Below, piece by piece: positions 40,585-49,591 of a stretch of 64,000 nt of DNA. Position 1 is the first letter of the stretch; every line of letters begins with the position of its first letter. Source of the stretch: Candidatus Gastranaerophilales bacterium (lineage in GTDB: Bacteria; Cyanobacteriota; Vampirovibrionia; Gastranaerophilales; Gastranaerophilaceae); contig CALUSG010000044.1 of NCBI GenBank assembly GCA_944323365.1, forward strand, positions 5,197 to 69,196. The letters run 5' to 3'. The translations under genes and the position numbers were made by a program. Below the pieces are notes generated by a model, which saw only the letters and a program-made list of their open reading frames with translations, ran no database searches and was not told where the DNA came from.

Positions 40585-40717
40585 TATCTATTCCTCCACC
40601 TAAACTCTTACATTTGTATAGATGTTTTTTCTTTAAATTTGTTCCCGCAAATGTAAAAATTTGTTATAGTGATATAATAACATATTTATGAAAAATATAA
40701 AAATCAATCAAACAATG

Positions 40718-41341
40718 TTACAATCTATGTTCAAAATGGAGGAGTTTTAATCCACGTTTTTCAGTTGGTTTAGAATCAGGGAGCTCATAACATTTAATGC
40801 ATCTAGCTTCATATGTTTCATCTCCGCCAATCATAATAAGAGGAGAATTTTTATCTGCCGGTTTTCCATCAATAAGTCTTTGAGTTCTTGTTGCATGGTC
40901 AGACCCGCATTTCATACATACTGCATGAAGTTTATCAACAGATGTTGCAATACACATTAATTCCGGCATTGAGCCAAAAGGTTCTGCTTTAAAATCAAGT
41001 TCCAAACCTGTGCCGATAACCCTTTTTCCGTCTTGCATAAGTTTTGTTATAACTTTTACAATATTAGAATCAAAAAATTGCAGTTCGTCAATTGCCACAA
41101 TTTCATCTTCAGGCTTAACAATACTAAGAATTTGTATAGAATGTCTTACCTTTATTGCATCAAGCCAAAGACCGTTTCTGGACTCAATATAATCACCGTT
41201 AGAACGTGTATCAACATCCGGAGAAATAACTTTGACTTTTTTCTTAGCAATAATGCATCTTCTAATTCTTCTTAAAAGCTCTTCTGTCTTGCCGCAGCTC
41301 ATCGGCCCCGTAATTAATTCAAAGCTGTATCCTTGCATCAT
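40718..41341 (-). CDS. tdk: thymidine kinase
   Basis: P-loop GPMSCGKTEEL; zinc CxxC pairs (CMKCG, CIKC). Start at Met9/10 after GGAGAA. Confidence 0.88.
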   Translation of the reverse strand: MMQGYSFELITGPMSCGKTEELLRRIRRCIIAKKKVKVISPDVDTRSNGDYIESRNGLWLDAIKVRHSIQILSIVKPEDEIVAIDELQFFDSNIVKVITKLMQDGKRVIGTGLELDFKAEPFGSMPELMCIATSVDKLHAVCMKCGSDHATRTQRLIDGKPADKNSPLIMIGGDETYEARCIKCYELPDSKPTEKRGLKLLHFEHRL

Positions 41342-41596
41342 CTTCTCCCCAAAAATATTTAACAAATTAATTATACTCCCGAAGATATTTTTTTAAAAGT
41401 AAACATTACGAATTTGTAAAAATTAATTATTATTTTTTTTCATAATAGAATATAAACGTTCAAGATCTTGCATTATAGCATCGGATTGACCTGAAAGCTG
41501 TGTTAATTCACAAGGTATTGATTTTGGTTTGAAAAAAATTTTGCTGTTCATTTTGTAAATATATATGTCTAATTTAGTATTATAACAAATTTATAT

Positions 41597-41602
41597 TATA
41601 AT
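41597..41602 (+). promoter_or_regulatory. -10 element giving a leaderless HTH-gene mRNA
   Basis: TATAAT, then 6 nt to ATG 41609. Confidence 0.45.
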
Positions 41603-41608
41603 ATATTA

Positions 41609-41818
41609 ATGCTTTTAGTTAATATATACAATGTTCATTTGAAAAAAAGATATACTCAATCAGAGGTTGTCAAAGCAACTAAATTAAATCCTTTGACTGT
41701 TTCTAAAATGTTTAATAGTGTGCCTCACGACTTCAAATTTAGCTCAATCGAAAAAGTCGCAAAATTTTTGGGTTGCAGTGCACTGGACTTAATTATAGAA
41801 GTTCCTGATGAAAGATAA
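41609..41818 (+). CDS. small HTH transcriptional regulator (YozG/HTH_26-like)
   Basis: 69 aa; YTQSEVVKATKLNPLTVSKM helix-turn-helix followed by SIEKVAKFLGCSALDLI. Confidence 0.7.
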   Translation: MLLVNIYNVHLKKRYTQSEVVKATKLNPLTVSKMFNSVPHDFKFSSIEKVAKFLGCSALDLIIEVPDER

Positions 41819-41918
41819 ACGTAATAATTTCTTTCAAATAGAATTTAAATCAGTTGAAAAATTAGCTAAATACCTTGGCTGTAATGCTTTGGATATTATT
41901 GTTGAAGAGCCTGATTAA
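41808..41918 (+). pseudogene. remnant of a tandem paralog of the HTH gene (C-terminal half only)
   Basis: Encodes MKDKRNNFFQIEFKSVEKLAKYLGCNALDIIVEEPD, matching residues about 41-67 of the upstream gene. It lacks the HTH part. Its ATG lies inside the upstream gene's last codons in another frame. Confidence 0.45.
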
Positions 41919-41921
41919 AGA

Positions 41922-42722
41922 TTAATGCATACAATATTTTGAGCTTTTATTTACAACCTTATCTTTTAATTTTTTCAAGCCTGCTCCATAAAAATATTTT
42001 AACTGTTCAGGAAAATTCTCTTCTATATCCAATAGATACATATCATGTATTACAAATTCCTTTAATAAAAATATAATTTCAGAATTTTCTGTCCACACAA
42101 CCCTGTCTTCTATCTTCCCAAAAAGCCCTTCAGTATTATCGGCGATTAAAAACACTAGTCGGCCGCCTAAAGAAAATTCTATTTCTCGCCCATTTTTGTG
42201 TTTATATACGGTACCGAATGCACATTGAAAATTATCATAACCTACTATTTTTATATCCAAACCCCTATTATATGCCTCAAAAAGACTATGTTCCAAAAAT
42301 TTAAAATCTTGTGACCATATCTCTATATAAATATCTCTTTTTGCTGAATTTATTATTTCTATTAACTTATTTCGTATTTCAAACGAACCTGAAATCGTAT
42401 GGATTGGCTCATTATAGCTATCTTTTACATCAGGCAATTTTTTTTCCAAAAAATCCAAATTAGATTGCATTTTTCTGCGAAAACGTTTCGTTAATTCTTT
42501 TGGCTTTATTGGTGAATATTTTTGAGGCTTTTCTTGCGAGCTTATTATAATTCTCTCATTCTCTAAAGATTTTAACGTATCATAAGCCCTAGACTGCGGT
42601 ATATCTGCAAGTTTTGCTATTTCATAACCAGTCGCCGGATGTTTTTTTAATAATGCTAGATATACTTTTGCCTCATAACTATTTAAACCTAACTCTTTTA
42701 GGCTTTCTATAACTTCTTTCAT
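41922..42722 (-). CDS. TrmB-family transcriptional regulator
   Basis: LGLNSYEAKVYLALLKKHPATGYEIAK winged helix plus a C-terminal effector domain. Confidence 0.8.
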   Translation of the reverse strand: MKEVIESLKELGLNSYEAKVYLALLKKHPATGYEIAKLADIPQSRAYDTLKSLENERIIISSQEKPQKYSPIKPKELTKRFRRKMQSNLDFLEKKLPDVKDSYNEPIHTISGSFEIRNKLIEIINSAKRDIYIEIWSQDFKFLEHSLFEAYNRGLDIKIVGYDNFQCAFGTVYKHKNGREIEFSLGGRLVFLIADNTEGLFGKIEDRVVWTENSEIIFLLKEFVIHDMYLLDIEENFPEQLKYFYGAGLKKLKDKVVNKSSKYCMH

Positions 42723-42760
42723 TACTTAATTATATCATTTTGCTCAAACTTTGTAAATCT

Positions 42761-43138
42761 TTACCACACAACTTTTTCTATAAGTTCAATTTCATAACCG
42801 TCAGGATCTTTTATAAAAGCAATTTTTGACCCTTTTCCGTTTAAATCAAACGGCTCATATAAATATTCATAACCATATTTTCTCAATTTCTCTGTAAATT
42901 CCGCTAATGACTCAACAGCAAAAGCTAAATGACCAAATCCATTACCTAATTCATAACCTGTTTCCGGTGTTTCATCATTATATGTTAATTCTAACTCTGT
43001 TGTTCCATCTGTTAAAAAATATAGCTCACAGTCTTCCAAACGTTTCTTCTTGGCTAAACTCATTTCCATTAACTCTGTGTAAAATTTTAAGCTCTTTTCT
43101 ATGTCCTTTACCCTTATCATTGTATGTAATAACTTCAT
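42761..43138 (-). CDS. gloA: lactoylglutathione lyase (glyoxalase I)
   Basis: MKLLHTMIRVKDIEKSLKFY, GHLAF and ELIE metal ligands. Start at Met19 after AAGGAG. Confidence 0.85.
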   Translation of the reverse strand: MKLLHTMIRVKDIEKSLKFYTELMEMSLAKKKRLEDCELYFLTDGTTELELTYNDETPETGYELGNGFGHLAFAVESLAEFTEKLRKYGYEYLYEPFDLNGKGSKIAFIKDPDGYEIELIEKVVW

Positions 43139-43231
43139 ATTTATCTCCTTTACTTTTATTATATTTACTAATTTAAATTTGTCACTTGACATTTAAATAA
43201 AAATTTGTTAATATAAAAACGAGGAATTATT

Positions 43232-43438
43232 ATGAATAAAAAAATTGAAGAATGGCTGTTAGAATTTGGCGAAATTATTGAGTTACAACACTGTTTACAC
43301 GATGTTTTAGAAAACTGCATGTACACAGAAGAAAAACCTTTTTATGTAATTACCTTGATCAATTACATTAAGGAAAAATCTTCAATATTATATGAAGAAC
43401 TTGATAATTTTTGTATTGAATCACAAAATAATGATTAA
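43232..43438 (+). CDS. hypothetical protein
   Basis: GAGGA SD; no domain. Confidence 0.45.
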   Translation: MNKKIEEWLLEFGEIIELQHCLHDVLENCMYTEEKPFYVITLINYIKEKSSILYEELDNFCIESQNND

Positions 43439-43441
43439 TTA

Positions 43442-43469
43442 TTGAAGTTCTAGATTTTTCTTTTATAAT
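43442..43469 (+). promoter_or_regulatory. promoter giving a leaderless lepA mRNA
   Basis: TTGAAG (43442-47), N16, TATAAT (43464-69), 7 nt, ATG 43477. No SD. Confidence 0.5.
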
Positions 43470-43476
43470 TTTTAAT

Positions 43477-45279
43477 ATGAAGTATAAGGAAAATGTAAGG
43501 AACTTTTGTATAATTGCACACATAGATCACGGTAAATCAACGTTAGCGGATCGTTTATTGGAGCATACCGGCACTGTTGCTGAACGTGATATGCAAAATC
43601 AACTTTTGGATTCTATGGACATAGAACGTGAGCGTGGTATTACAATAAAACTTAACGCTGCACGTATGAACTATCAGGCAAAAAACGGTAAAAATTATAT
43701 TTTAAACCTTATTGACACACCAGGACACGTAGATTTTTCCTATGAAGTATCACGTTCTTTAGCTGCGTGTGAAGGTGCTCTTCTTATTGTTGATGCAACC
43801 CAGGGGGTTGAGGCACAAACACTTGCAAATGTTTATCTTGCAGTGGAACAAAATTTGGAAATTATTCCGGTTATTAACAAAATTGATTTACCTTCTGCTG
43901 ATGTTGAAAGAGTAAAAAAAGAAATTGAAGAAGTTTTAGGTATTGATGCATCAATGGCAATACCGGTTAGTGCAAAAGCAGGAATCGGTATTGAAGAAGT
44001 TTTGGAAGCTGTCGTTGATTTTATCCCACCTCCGGAAGATACATCCGACAAACCTTTAAGAGCTTTAGTTTTTGATAGTGCATATGATCAATATTTAGGA
44101 ACTTTATGCTTTTTTAAAATAGTTGACGGATGTATGAATTTAGGTGAAAAAGTAAAATTTATGGCATCAGGCAAAGAATATGAAGTTGTTGAAATAGGAT
44201 ATCTTACGCCAAACAGAGTTCAGGTTAATAAACTTGAATGTGGTGATGTTGGATATTTTGCCGGCTCAATAAAAGAACTTACAAGATTTGTTGGTGACAC
44301 TATAACTAGTGTCGAAAATCCTGCTAAAGAACCACTTGCCGGATATAAAGAAGCTTTACCAATGGTATTTTCTGGAATGTATCCTGTCGACAATGATGAT
44401 TATCACAATTTAAAAGAAGCGTTAGAAAAATTAAAACTCAATGACAGCAGTATAACCTTTGAACCTGAAACATCCAGTGCTTTAGGATTTGGGTTCAGAT
44501 GTGGATTTTTGGGCATGTTACACATGGAAATTGCACAAGAAAGACTTGAAAGAGAATACAACCTTTCACTTGTTACAACAGCTCCATCAGTTGTTTATCA
44601 TGTCTATAAAACAAACGGTGAAATGGTAGAAATTGACAACCCTGCAAATCTTCCAGCTCCTCAATATAGAGATTATATTGAAGAACCTTATGTCAAAGTT
44701 CAAATTATTACACCGAATGATTATGTTGGAACTTTAATGGATTTAGCACAAACTAAACGTGGTATTTTTATTAATATGTCATATTTAGACAGTATCAGAG
44801 CAAATTTAGAGTATGAAATACCTTTAAGTGAAGTAATTACTGACTTTTATGATCAACTCAAATCTAGATCAAAAGGTTATGCAAGCATGGATTATGAATT
44901 TAAAGATTACAAACGCTCTAAGCTTGTTAAGCTTGATATTATGCTCGCAGGTGAAGTCGTTGATGCTCTTTCGGTTATCTGTCATGAAGACAATGCTTTT
45001 TATATCGGTCAAAAACTCACGGCTAAATTAAAGGAAATTATTCCAAGACAGTTATTTGAAGTCCCGGTACAAGCGGCCATAGGCGGAAGAGTTATTGCCC
45101 GAACTAATATTAAAGCTATGAGAAAAAATGTTCTTGATAAATGCTACGGCGGTGATATCTCACGTAAACGTAAATTGCTTGAAAAACAGAAAAAAGGAAA
45201 AAAACGTATGAAATCTATTGGACGTGTTGAAGTTCCGCAAGAAGCATTTATGGCTGTCCTAAGTTTGGAGGAAAATTAA
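43477..45279 (+). CDS. lepA: translation elongation factor 4
   Basis: [18 protein letters not shown]; LepA-type C-terminal domain. Confidence 0.95.
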   Translation: MKYKENVRNFCIIAHIDHGKSTLADRLLEHTGTVAERDMQNQLLDSMDIERERGITIKLNAARMNYQAKNGKNYILNLIDTPGHVDFSYEVSRSLAACEGALLIVDATQGVEAQTLANVYLAVEQNLEIIPVINKIDLPSADVERVKKEIEEVLGIDASMAIPVSAKAGIGIEEVLEAVVDFIPPPEDTSDKPLRALVFDSAYDQYLGTLCFFKIVDGCMNLGEKVKFMASGKEYEVVEIGYLTPNRVQVNKLECGDVGYFAGSIKELTRFVGDTITSVENPAKEPLAGYKEALPMVFSGMYPVDNDDYHNLKEALEKLKLNDSSITFEPETSSALGFGFRCGFLGMLHMEIAQERLEREYNLSLVTTAPSVVYHVYKTNGEMVEIDNPANLPAPQYRDYIEEPYVKVQIITPNDYVGTLMDLAQTKRGIFINMSYLDSIRANLEYEIPLSEVITDFYDQLKSRSKGYASMDYEFKDYKRSKLVKLDIMLAGEVVDALSVICHEDNAFYIGQKLTAKLKEIIPRQLFEVPVQAAIGGRVIARTNIKAMRKNVLDKCYGGDISRKRKLLEKQKKGKKRMKSIGRVEVPQEAFMAVLSLEEN

Positions 45280-45481
45280 AATCTATATTAAGTTGAGCAA
45301 ATAATGCAGCTTCTGTACGATTTTTACACCCTAACTTAATTAATATTGCACTTACATGTGCTTTTATAGTATGGTGCGTTATATTTAACACATCAGCAAT
45401 TTCTTTATTTGTATAACTTAATGTTAAATAATAAACGACTTCCAATTCTCTTTGTGTTAGCCCATATGGATTCTTTTTCAT
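45248..45481 (-). CDS. solo LuxR/GerE-type HTH protein (no receiver or ligand domain)
   Basis: [44 protein letters not shown]. Its 3' end overlaps the lepA 3' end by 32 nt. Confidence 0.75.
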   Translation of the reverse strand: MKKNPYGLTQRELEVVYYLTLSYTNKEIADVLNITHHTIKAHVSAILIKLGCKNRTEAALFAQLNIDFNFPPNLGQP

Positions 45482-45513
45482 AATTATCTCCTTTTTTTTA
45501 TGCTAAAAAATTA

Positions 45514-45537
45514 TTACCCATTTTTCTATTACCCATG
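45514..45537. repeat. direct repeat ATTACCCAT x2, 15-bp spacing
   Basis: Copies at 45514-22 and 45529-37, 33-56 bp upstream of the LuxR-type gene start. Confidence 0.8.
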
Positions 45538-45561
45538 TGTCTATATTTTTTCCAAATAACC

Positions 45562-45580
45562 TGAAAACAACTTGTTTTCA
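45562..45580. promoter_or_regulatory. perfect 9-1-9 palindrome TGAAAACAA-C-TTGTTTTCA (operator candidate)
   Basis: Read directly; the right arm is the exact reverse complement of the left. Confidence 0.6.
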
Positions 45581-45600
45581 ATGGTTCTATAAATTTATCA

Positions 45601-45630
45601 AATGTAAACAAATGTAACAATATGTAAAAA
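45601..45630. repeat. three helically phased 10-bp direct repeats (aATGTAAaca / aATGTAAcaa / tATGTAAaaa)
   Basis: ATGTAA at 45602, 45612 and 45622, exactly 10 bp apart. Confidence 0.8.
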
Positions 45631-45740
45631 ATATATATTGTTTAAGCAATTTTTCAATAAAAAAATACTTTTTAAAAGTATAAGATATTTAAAAATAGGA
45701 AAAAAATTAAGAGAAATTGAGTAAAAAGGAGAAACCAATT

Positions 45741-46142
45741 ATGGTATCATCAATCAACGGAAACGGGAATGTTAACAACAATGTGTTTATTAATGGCGGA
45801 TTAAAAACACAAAACAATACTGGTACTGAAAAAATTGATATTAACATAGCTGACAATAAAGCCTTTGGAGAATTTGGTAACAAATTGTTAGATCAAGTAC
45901 AACCAACATTTATACAAACAGCTAAACTTCCTGAAGAAGACCGTTCTGAGATTTCAGAAATGTTTACTATAGCTGGAATACCTAAGGCAAAAATGCCAAC
46001 AGCTGCTCAATATGCAAGTATATCAAATCAAGTTAATAATTTTGTAACTAATTTTGATGAATTAACAACGACAAACAACGCAGAAAATTTATTTAATTCT
46101 AAAGAATTTAAAACACTTAACAGTTTCTTTGGAATAGCTTAA
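45741..46142 (+). CDS. hypothetical protein, paralog of 30924..31313
   Basis: AAGGAG lies 8 nt before ATG 45741 (the tracked TTG at 45717 is less likely). Same C-terminal F..LN..FGIA motif. Confidence 0.55.
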   Translation: MVSSINGNGNVNNNVFINGGLKTQNNTGTEKIDINIADNKAFGEFGNKLLDQVQPTFIQTAKLPEEDRSEISEMFTIAGIPKAKMPTAAQYASISNQVNNFVTNFDELTTTNNAENLFNSKEFKTLNSFFGIA

Positions 46143-46144
46143 GG

Positions 46145-46170
46145 AAAAGACCGGCAATACCGGTCTTTTA
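46145..46170 (+). terminator. intrinsic terminator
   Basis: AAAGACCGG-CAATA-CCGGTCTTT followed by a short T-run. Confidence 0.8.
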
Positions 46171-46204
46171 GTCAAAAAAGTTATAATAATTATCCAACAA
46201 ATTT

Positions 46205-47767
46205 TTATTTCGTTATTTTTTGTGACTTGTCAGCAAGTTCACTGTCCACTCTCAAAAATACTGGTTTTATTTCTTCTTTAGAAATTAATTTACCTATCTT
46301 TATATTATCACAAACTAAATCATTTAGCTTAATGTTTAAATCAAAAGAAAGTTGTTTTGCCATTTCTTTTGCAATATTAGGGCAATAAGGATAAATAAGA
46401 GAAGTTACAATACACATGATTTCTAAAACAGTCGTCAAAACTTGACCGCATTCTGTAAACTTTTCTTCTTTAGCTAAAGTCCAAGGAGCATTATCAGTAA
46501 CATACTTATTTGTTAAGTCAACTAGACCGATAATTGCCTGAGCAGCTTCTGCTATTTCAAAATGATTAAAATGATTTTCAACAATTTTTATTGTACCCAA
46601 TGCTGTTTTAAATAAATCAGATTGAACTTTAAACTCAGGTTTTATTTCTCCGTCAAAATATTTTACAAGCATAGAGAGAGTTCTATTGAGCAGATTACCC
46701 ATGCTGTTTGCAAGATGAGCATTAACTTTTTCTTTAAAATCTTCATCTGAATAATTTCCGTCACGTCCGCAAGGGGCAGAGGTTGCCATATAATATCTAA
46801 AGGCATCCGGATATTCTAGATTAAAATTTTCCAACACTGCTGTCGGAGAAATTACATTACCTAAAGACTTTGACATCTTTGATTCATCAATTGTAATCCA
46901 TCCATGTGCAAATATATGTTTTGGTAAAGGTAAATCTAATGCCAACAAAAATGCAGGCCAATATATACTATGAAATTTTAATATATCTTTTCCAATAACA
47001 TGAACATCTGCCGGCCATAGTTTTTTATATAATTCTGACGGATTTTCTGTGTCATATCCTATAGCCGTAATATAATTTGATAAAGCATCAATCCAAACAT
47101 ATATTACCTGTTCAGGGTCATCTAAAACATCTATTCCCCATTGCACATTTGCTTTTGCACGTGACACGGAAATATCTTGTATATCTGCCAACTGATTTAA
47201 CACTTCATTTGCTCTAAAAGATGGAACTATAAAATCAGGATTTTCTTTAATATGTTTAATTATTGCATCTTTGTACTTTGTAAGTTTAAAGAAATAATTT
47301 TCCTCTTTTACCAATTCAGGTTTTTTTAAATGATCCGGGCATAAACCGTCTTCCGTCAAATCCTTTTCATTTAAAAAACATTCACAACCTGAGCAATACA
47401 AGCCTTCATATGAATGTTTATAAATATCACCTTTATCAACAAGTTTTTTAAATATTTTTTGAACTGTTTTTTCGTGATAATCATCTGTTGTTCTAATAAA
47501 TTTAGTATAATCAACATCGAGAGCTTTCCAGGCTTGCTGAAATTTTCCTGCATTCATATCACAAAGTTCTTTTGCTGTCATACCAAGCTCTTTAGATGTT
47601 TTTTGGATTTTAATACCATGTTCATCTGTACCGGTTAAAAAGAAAACATCTGTTCTTTGTGAAAAATGCCTTGCAATTATATCTGTTAATATTTTTTCAT
47701 ACGCATGCCCGATATGCGGGGCACCGTTAACATAGTCTATAGCGGTTGTTATATAAAATTTATCCAT
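46205..47767 (-). CDS. metG: methionine--tRNA ligase
   Basis: HIGHAYE, KMSKS, zinc knuckle CSGCECF...CPDH. Confidence 0.93.
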   Translation of the reverse strand: MDKFYITTAIDYVNGAPHIGHAYEKILTDIIARHFSQRTDVFFLTGTDEHGIKIQKTSKELGMTAKELCDMNAGKFQQAWKALDVDYTKFIRTTDDYHEKTVQKIFKKLVDKGDIYKHSYEGLYCSGCECFLNEKDLTEDGLCPDHLKKPELVKEENYFFKLTKYKDAIIKHIKENPDFIVPSFRANEVLNQLADIQDISVSRAKANVQWGIDVLDDPEQVIYVWIDALSNYITAIGYDTENPSELYKKLWPADVHVIGKDILKFHSIYWPAFLLALDLPLPKHIFAHGWITIDESKMSKSLGNVISPTAVLENFNLEYPDAFRYYMATSAPCGRDGNYSDEDFKEKVNAHLANSMGNLLNRTLSMLVKYFDGEIKPEFKVQSDLFKTALGTIKIVENHFNHFEIAEAAQAIIGLVDLTNKYVTDNAPWTLAKEEKFTECGQVLTTVLEIMCIVTSLIYPYCPNIAKEMAKQLSFDLNIKLNDLVCDNIKIGKLISKEEIKPVFLRVDSELADKSQKITK

Positions 47768-47869
47768 AATATCCTCTTTAAGTAAATTATATCACAAAAA
47801 GTTACAAATCTTTTTAAAAAAGCAATTTTTTAAAATAAAAATACTTAATATAAATATAAAGGAGTAGGT

Positions 47870-48238
47870 ATGTCCTGGATAAATGATTTAGACGCATTAG
47901 CCTCGGCCGGAGTATTAAATTTTGATGCTCCTGCATATATTCGTGGCACACAACCTAGATATTACGGGAATCCGGCATTTGAAACAATTCCTGAAAATCT
48001 TCCGAAACCTGAGCAGCCTAAGGCAGATGTTTTTGATAAAAGTCCAACACCGGTAAAAAATCCATCCTGGAAAAAATGGCTTCTTGGTCTAATGGCAGCC
48101 GGATGTATTATTTTTAGGGCTTCAAAAACAAAAGCAGGTAAAAAGCTTTTAAGTAAAATAAACTTTAAAAACTTAAAATCTGTGATCGTAAAAGCATTTA
48201 ACAAGGTAAAAAACTGCTTTAAAAAAGTTAAACCTTAG
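47870..48238 (+). CDS. hypothetical membrane protein with one TM helix and a basic C-terminal tail
   Basis: AAAGGAG SD; one TM (WLLGLMAAGCIIF) followed by a Lys-rich tail. Confidence 0.5.
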   Translation: MSWINDLDALASAGVLNFDAPAYIRGTQPRYYGNPAFETIPENLPKPEQPKADVFDKSPTPVKNPSWKKWLLGLMAAGCIIFRASKTKAGKKLLSKINFKNLKSVIVKAFNKVKNCFKKVKP

Positions 48239-49550
48239 AGCTTCTTTCTCGAACAGAAAGTCTTATTGGCGTGCCAAAAAATCCAAAGGCTTCCCGCAAT
48301 TTATTTTCTAAATATCGCTTGTAATGATCTTTTAATAAATCCGCATTATTTGCAAAAATTACAAATGTAGGCGGCTGAACTTTAATTTGAGTAGTATAAA
48401 GGATTTTTAATCTTTTATTTTTAACGCTTTGAGGAGGATTTAACATATAAGCTTCGCTGATTATTTTATTTAACAATCCTGTTGAAACTCTCTTTCTACA
48501 TTGTTCATAAACATCCAGCGTTTTGTCAAAAATTTGATTTATCCTTTGTTTTGTCACTGCACTTATATATATTTTTGGTGCAAAATCTAAAAACGGAATT
48601 TCTTTTGATAAATTTTTATCGAACTGATTAATAGTATTTGATTTTTTATCTTCTATCAAATCCCATTTATTTATTGCAACAATTAACCCTTTGCCGGCTT
48701 CTGTTACAATTGAAGAAATCTTCTTATCCTGATCAGAAATGCCTTGTGTTGCATCTATTACCAATACAGCAACGTCACAATCTCTAATTGAACGTATGGC
48801 TCTATCTACAGCAAATTTTTCAACACCCCAATCTACTTTTGCTTTTTTCCTAATACCGGCAGTATCAACTATTATAAAATCTTTGTCTTTATATTTTAAC
48901 TTTGAATCAATACTGTCCCGTGTTGTTCCTGATACATCAGATACGATTACTCTATTTTCATTTAAAAGAGCATTTACAATTGAAGATTTACCCGCATTTG
49001 GTCGACCGACAATTGCGATTTTAATTATATCATCTTCTTCTTGAGTTTCTTCCTGTATAAAATCTTCCGTAATAATTTCAAGCAAATCTCCAACGCCACC
49101 GGAACCGTGCAACGCTGATATACCTATAGGCTCACCTATTGCAAGTGAATAGAAATCACTTGTCATATACTGTGAATTAGGATTATCTAATTTATTCACA
49201 ACTAAATAAACAGGTTTTTTTGTTTGTCTTAAAATATTTGCAATATCATAGTCAACAGGATTAACCCCTTCTTTTCCATCCACAAGAAAAATTATTTTAT
49301 CCGCTTCTTCACAGGCAATTTTTGCTTGATCAAATATTGAAAGCATTATATCGTCTTCATCACCCGGAATTATTCCGCCGGTATCTATTACTGTAAAAAC
49401 TTTATTTTGCCATTCTACATCAAAATATATTCTATCTCGGGTTACTCCTGGTTGATCGTCAACTATTGAATTTCTAGCTCCTATAAGCCTATTTACAAAA
49501 GTTGATTTTCCTACATTTGGTCTTCCCACTATTGCAACTACTGGTTTCAT
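48228..49550 (-). CDS. der: ribosome-associated GTPase Der (EngA)
   Basis: Two G-domains (GRPNVGKS x2, DTGG/DTAG, NKLD/NKWD) and a KH-like C-terminus. Confidence 0.93.
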   Translation of the reverse strand: MKPVVAIVGRPNVGKSTFVNRLIGARNSIVDDQPGVTRDRIYFDVEWQNKVFTVIDTGGIIPGDEDDIMLSIFDQAKIACEEADKIIFLVDGKEGVNPVDYDIANILRQTKKPVYLVVNKLDNPNSQYMTSDFYSLAIGEPIGISALHGSGGVGDLLEIITEDFIQEETQEEDDIIKIAIVGRPNAGKSSIVNALLNENRVIVSDVSGTTRDSIDSKLKYKDKDFIIVDTAGIRKKAKVDWGVEKFAVDRAIRSIRDCDVAVLVIDATQGISDQDKKISSIVTEAGKGLIVAINKWDLIEDKKSNTINQFDKNLSKEIPFLDFAPKIYISAVTKQRINQIFDKTLDVYEQCRKRVSTGLLNKIISEAYMLNPPQSVKNKRLKILYTTQIKVQPPTFVIFANNADLLKDHYKRYLENKLREAFGFFGTPIRLSVRERSSKV

Positions 49551-49556
49551 AAGAAT

Positions 49557-49565
49557 ATTATATCA
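49557..49565 (-). promoter_or_regulatory. extended -10 promoter giving a leaderless der mRNA
   Basis: Minus strand TGaTATAAT, then 6 nt to ATG (49550). Confidence 0.55.
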
Positions 49566-49576
49566 TGAATATTTTA

Positions 49577-49585
49577 TGGTATAAT
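49577..49585 (+). promoter_or_regulatory. extended -10 promoter giving a leaderless recJ mRNA
   Basis: TGgTATAAT, then 6 nt to ATG 49592. Confidence 0.55.
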
Positions 49586-49591
49586 TATATT

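Noticed and set aside
40609-40660. 9-bp inverted repeat TTACATTTG / CAAATGTAA between ctpA and tdk
   Set aside because: The arms are about 35 nt apart, the sequence is AT-rich, and it occurs only once. This is compatible with chance or with ordinary promoter elements.
41423-41551. 42-codon minus-strand ORF (MNSKIFFKPKSIPCELTQLSGQSDAIMQDLERLYSIMKKNNN) divergent from the HTH gene
   Set aside because: It has no clear SD or homology and sits in an AT-rich spacer. It is too short to call without conservation or expression data.
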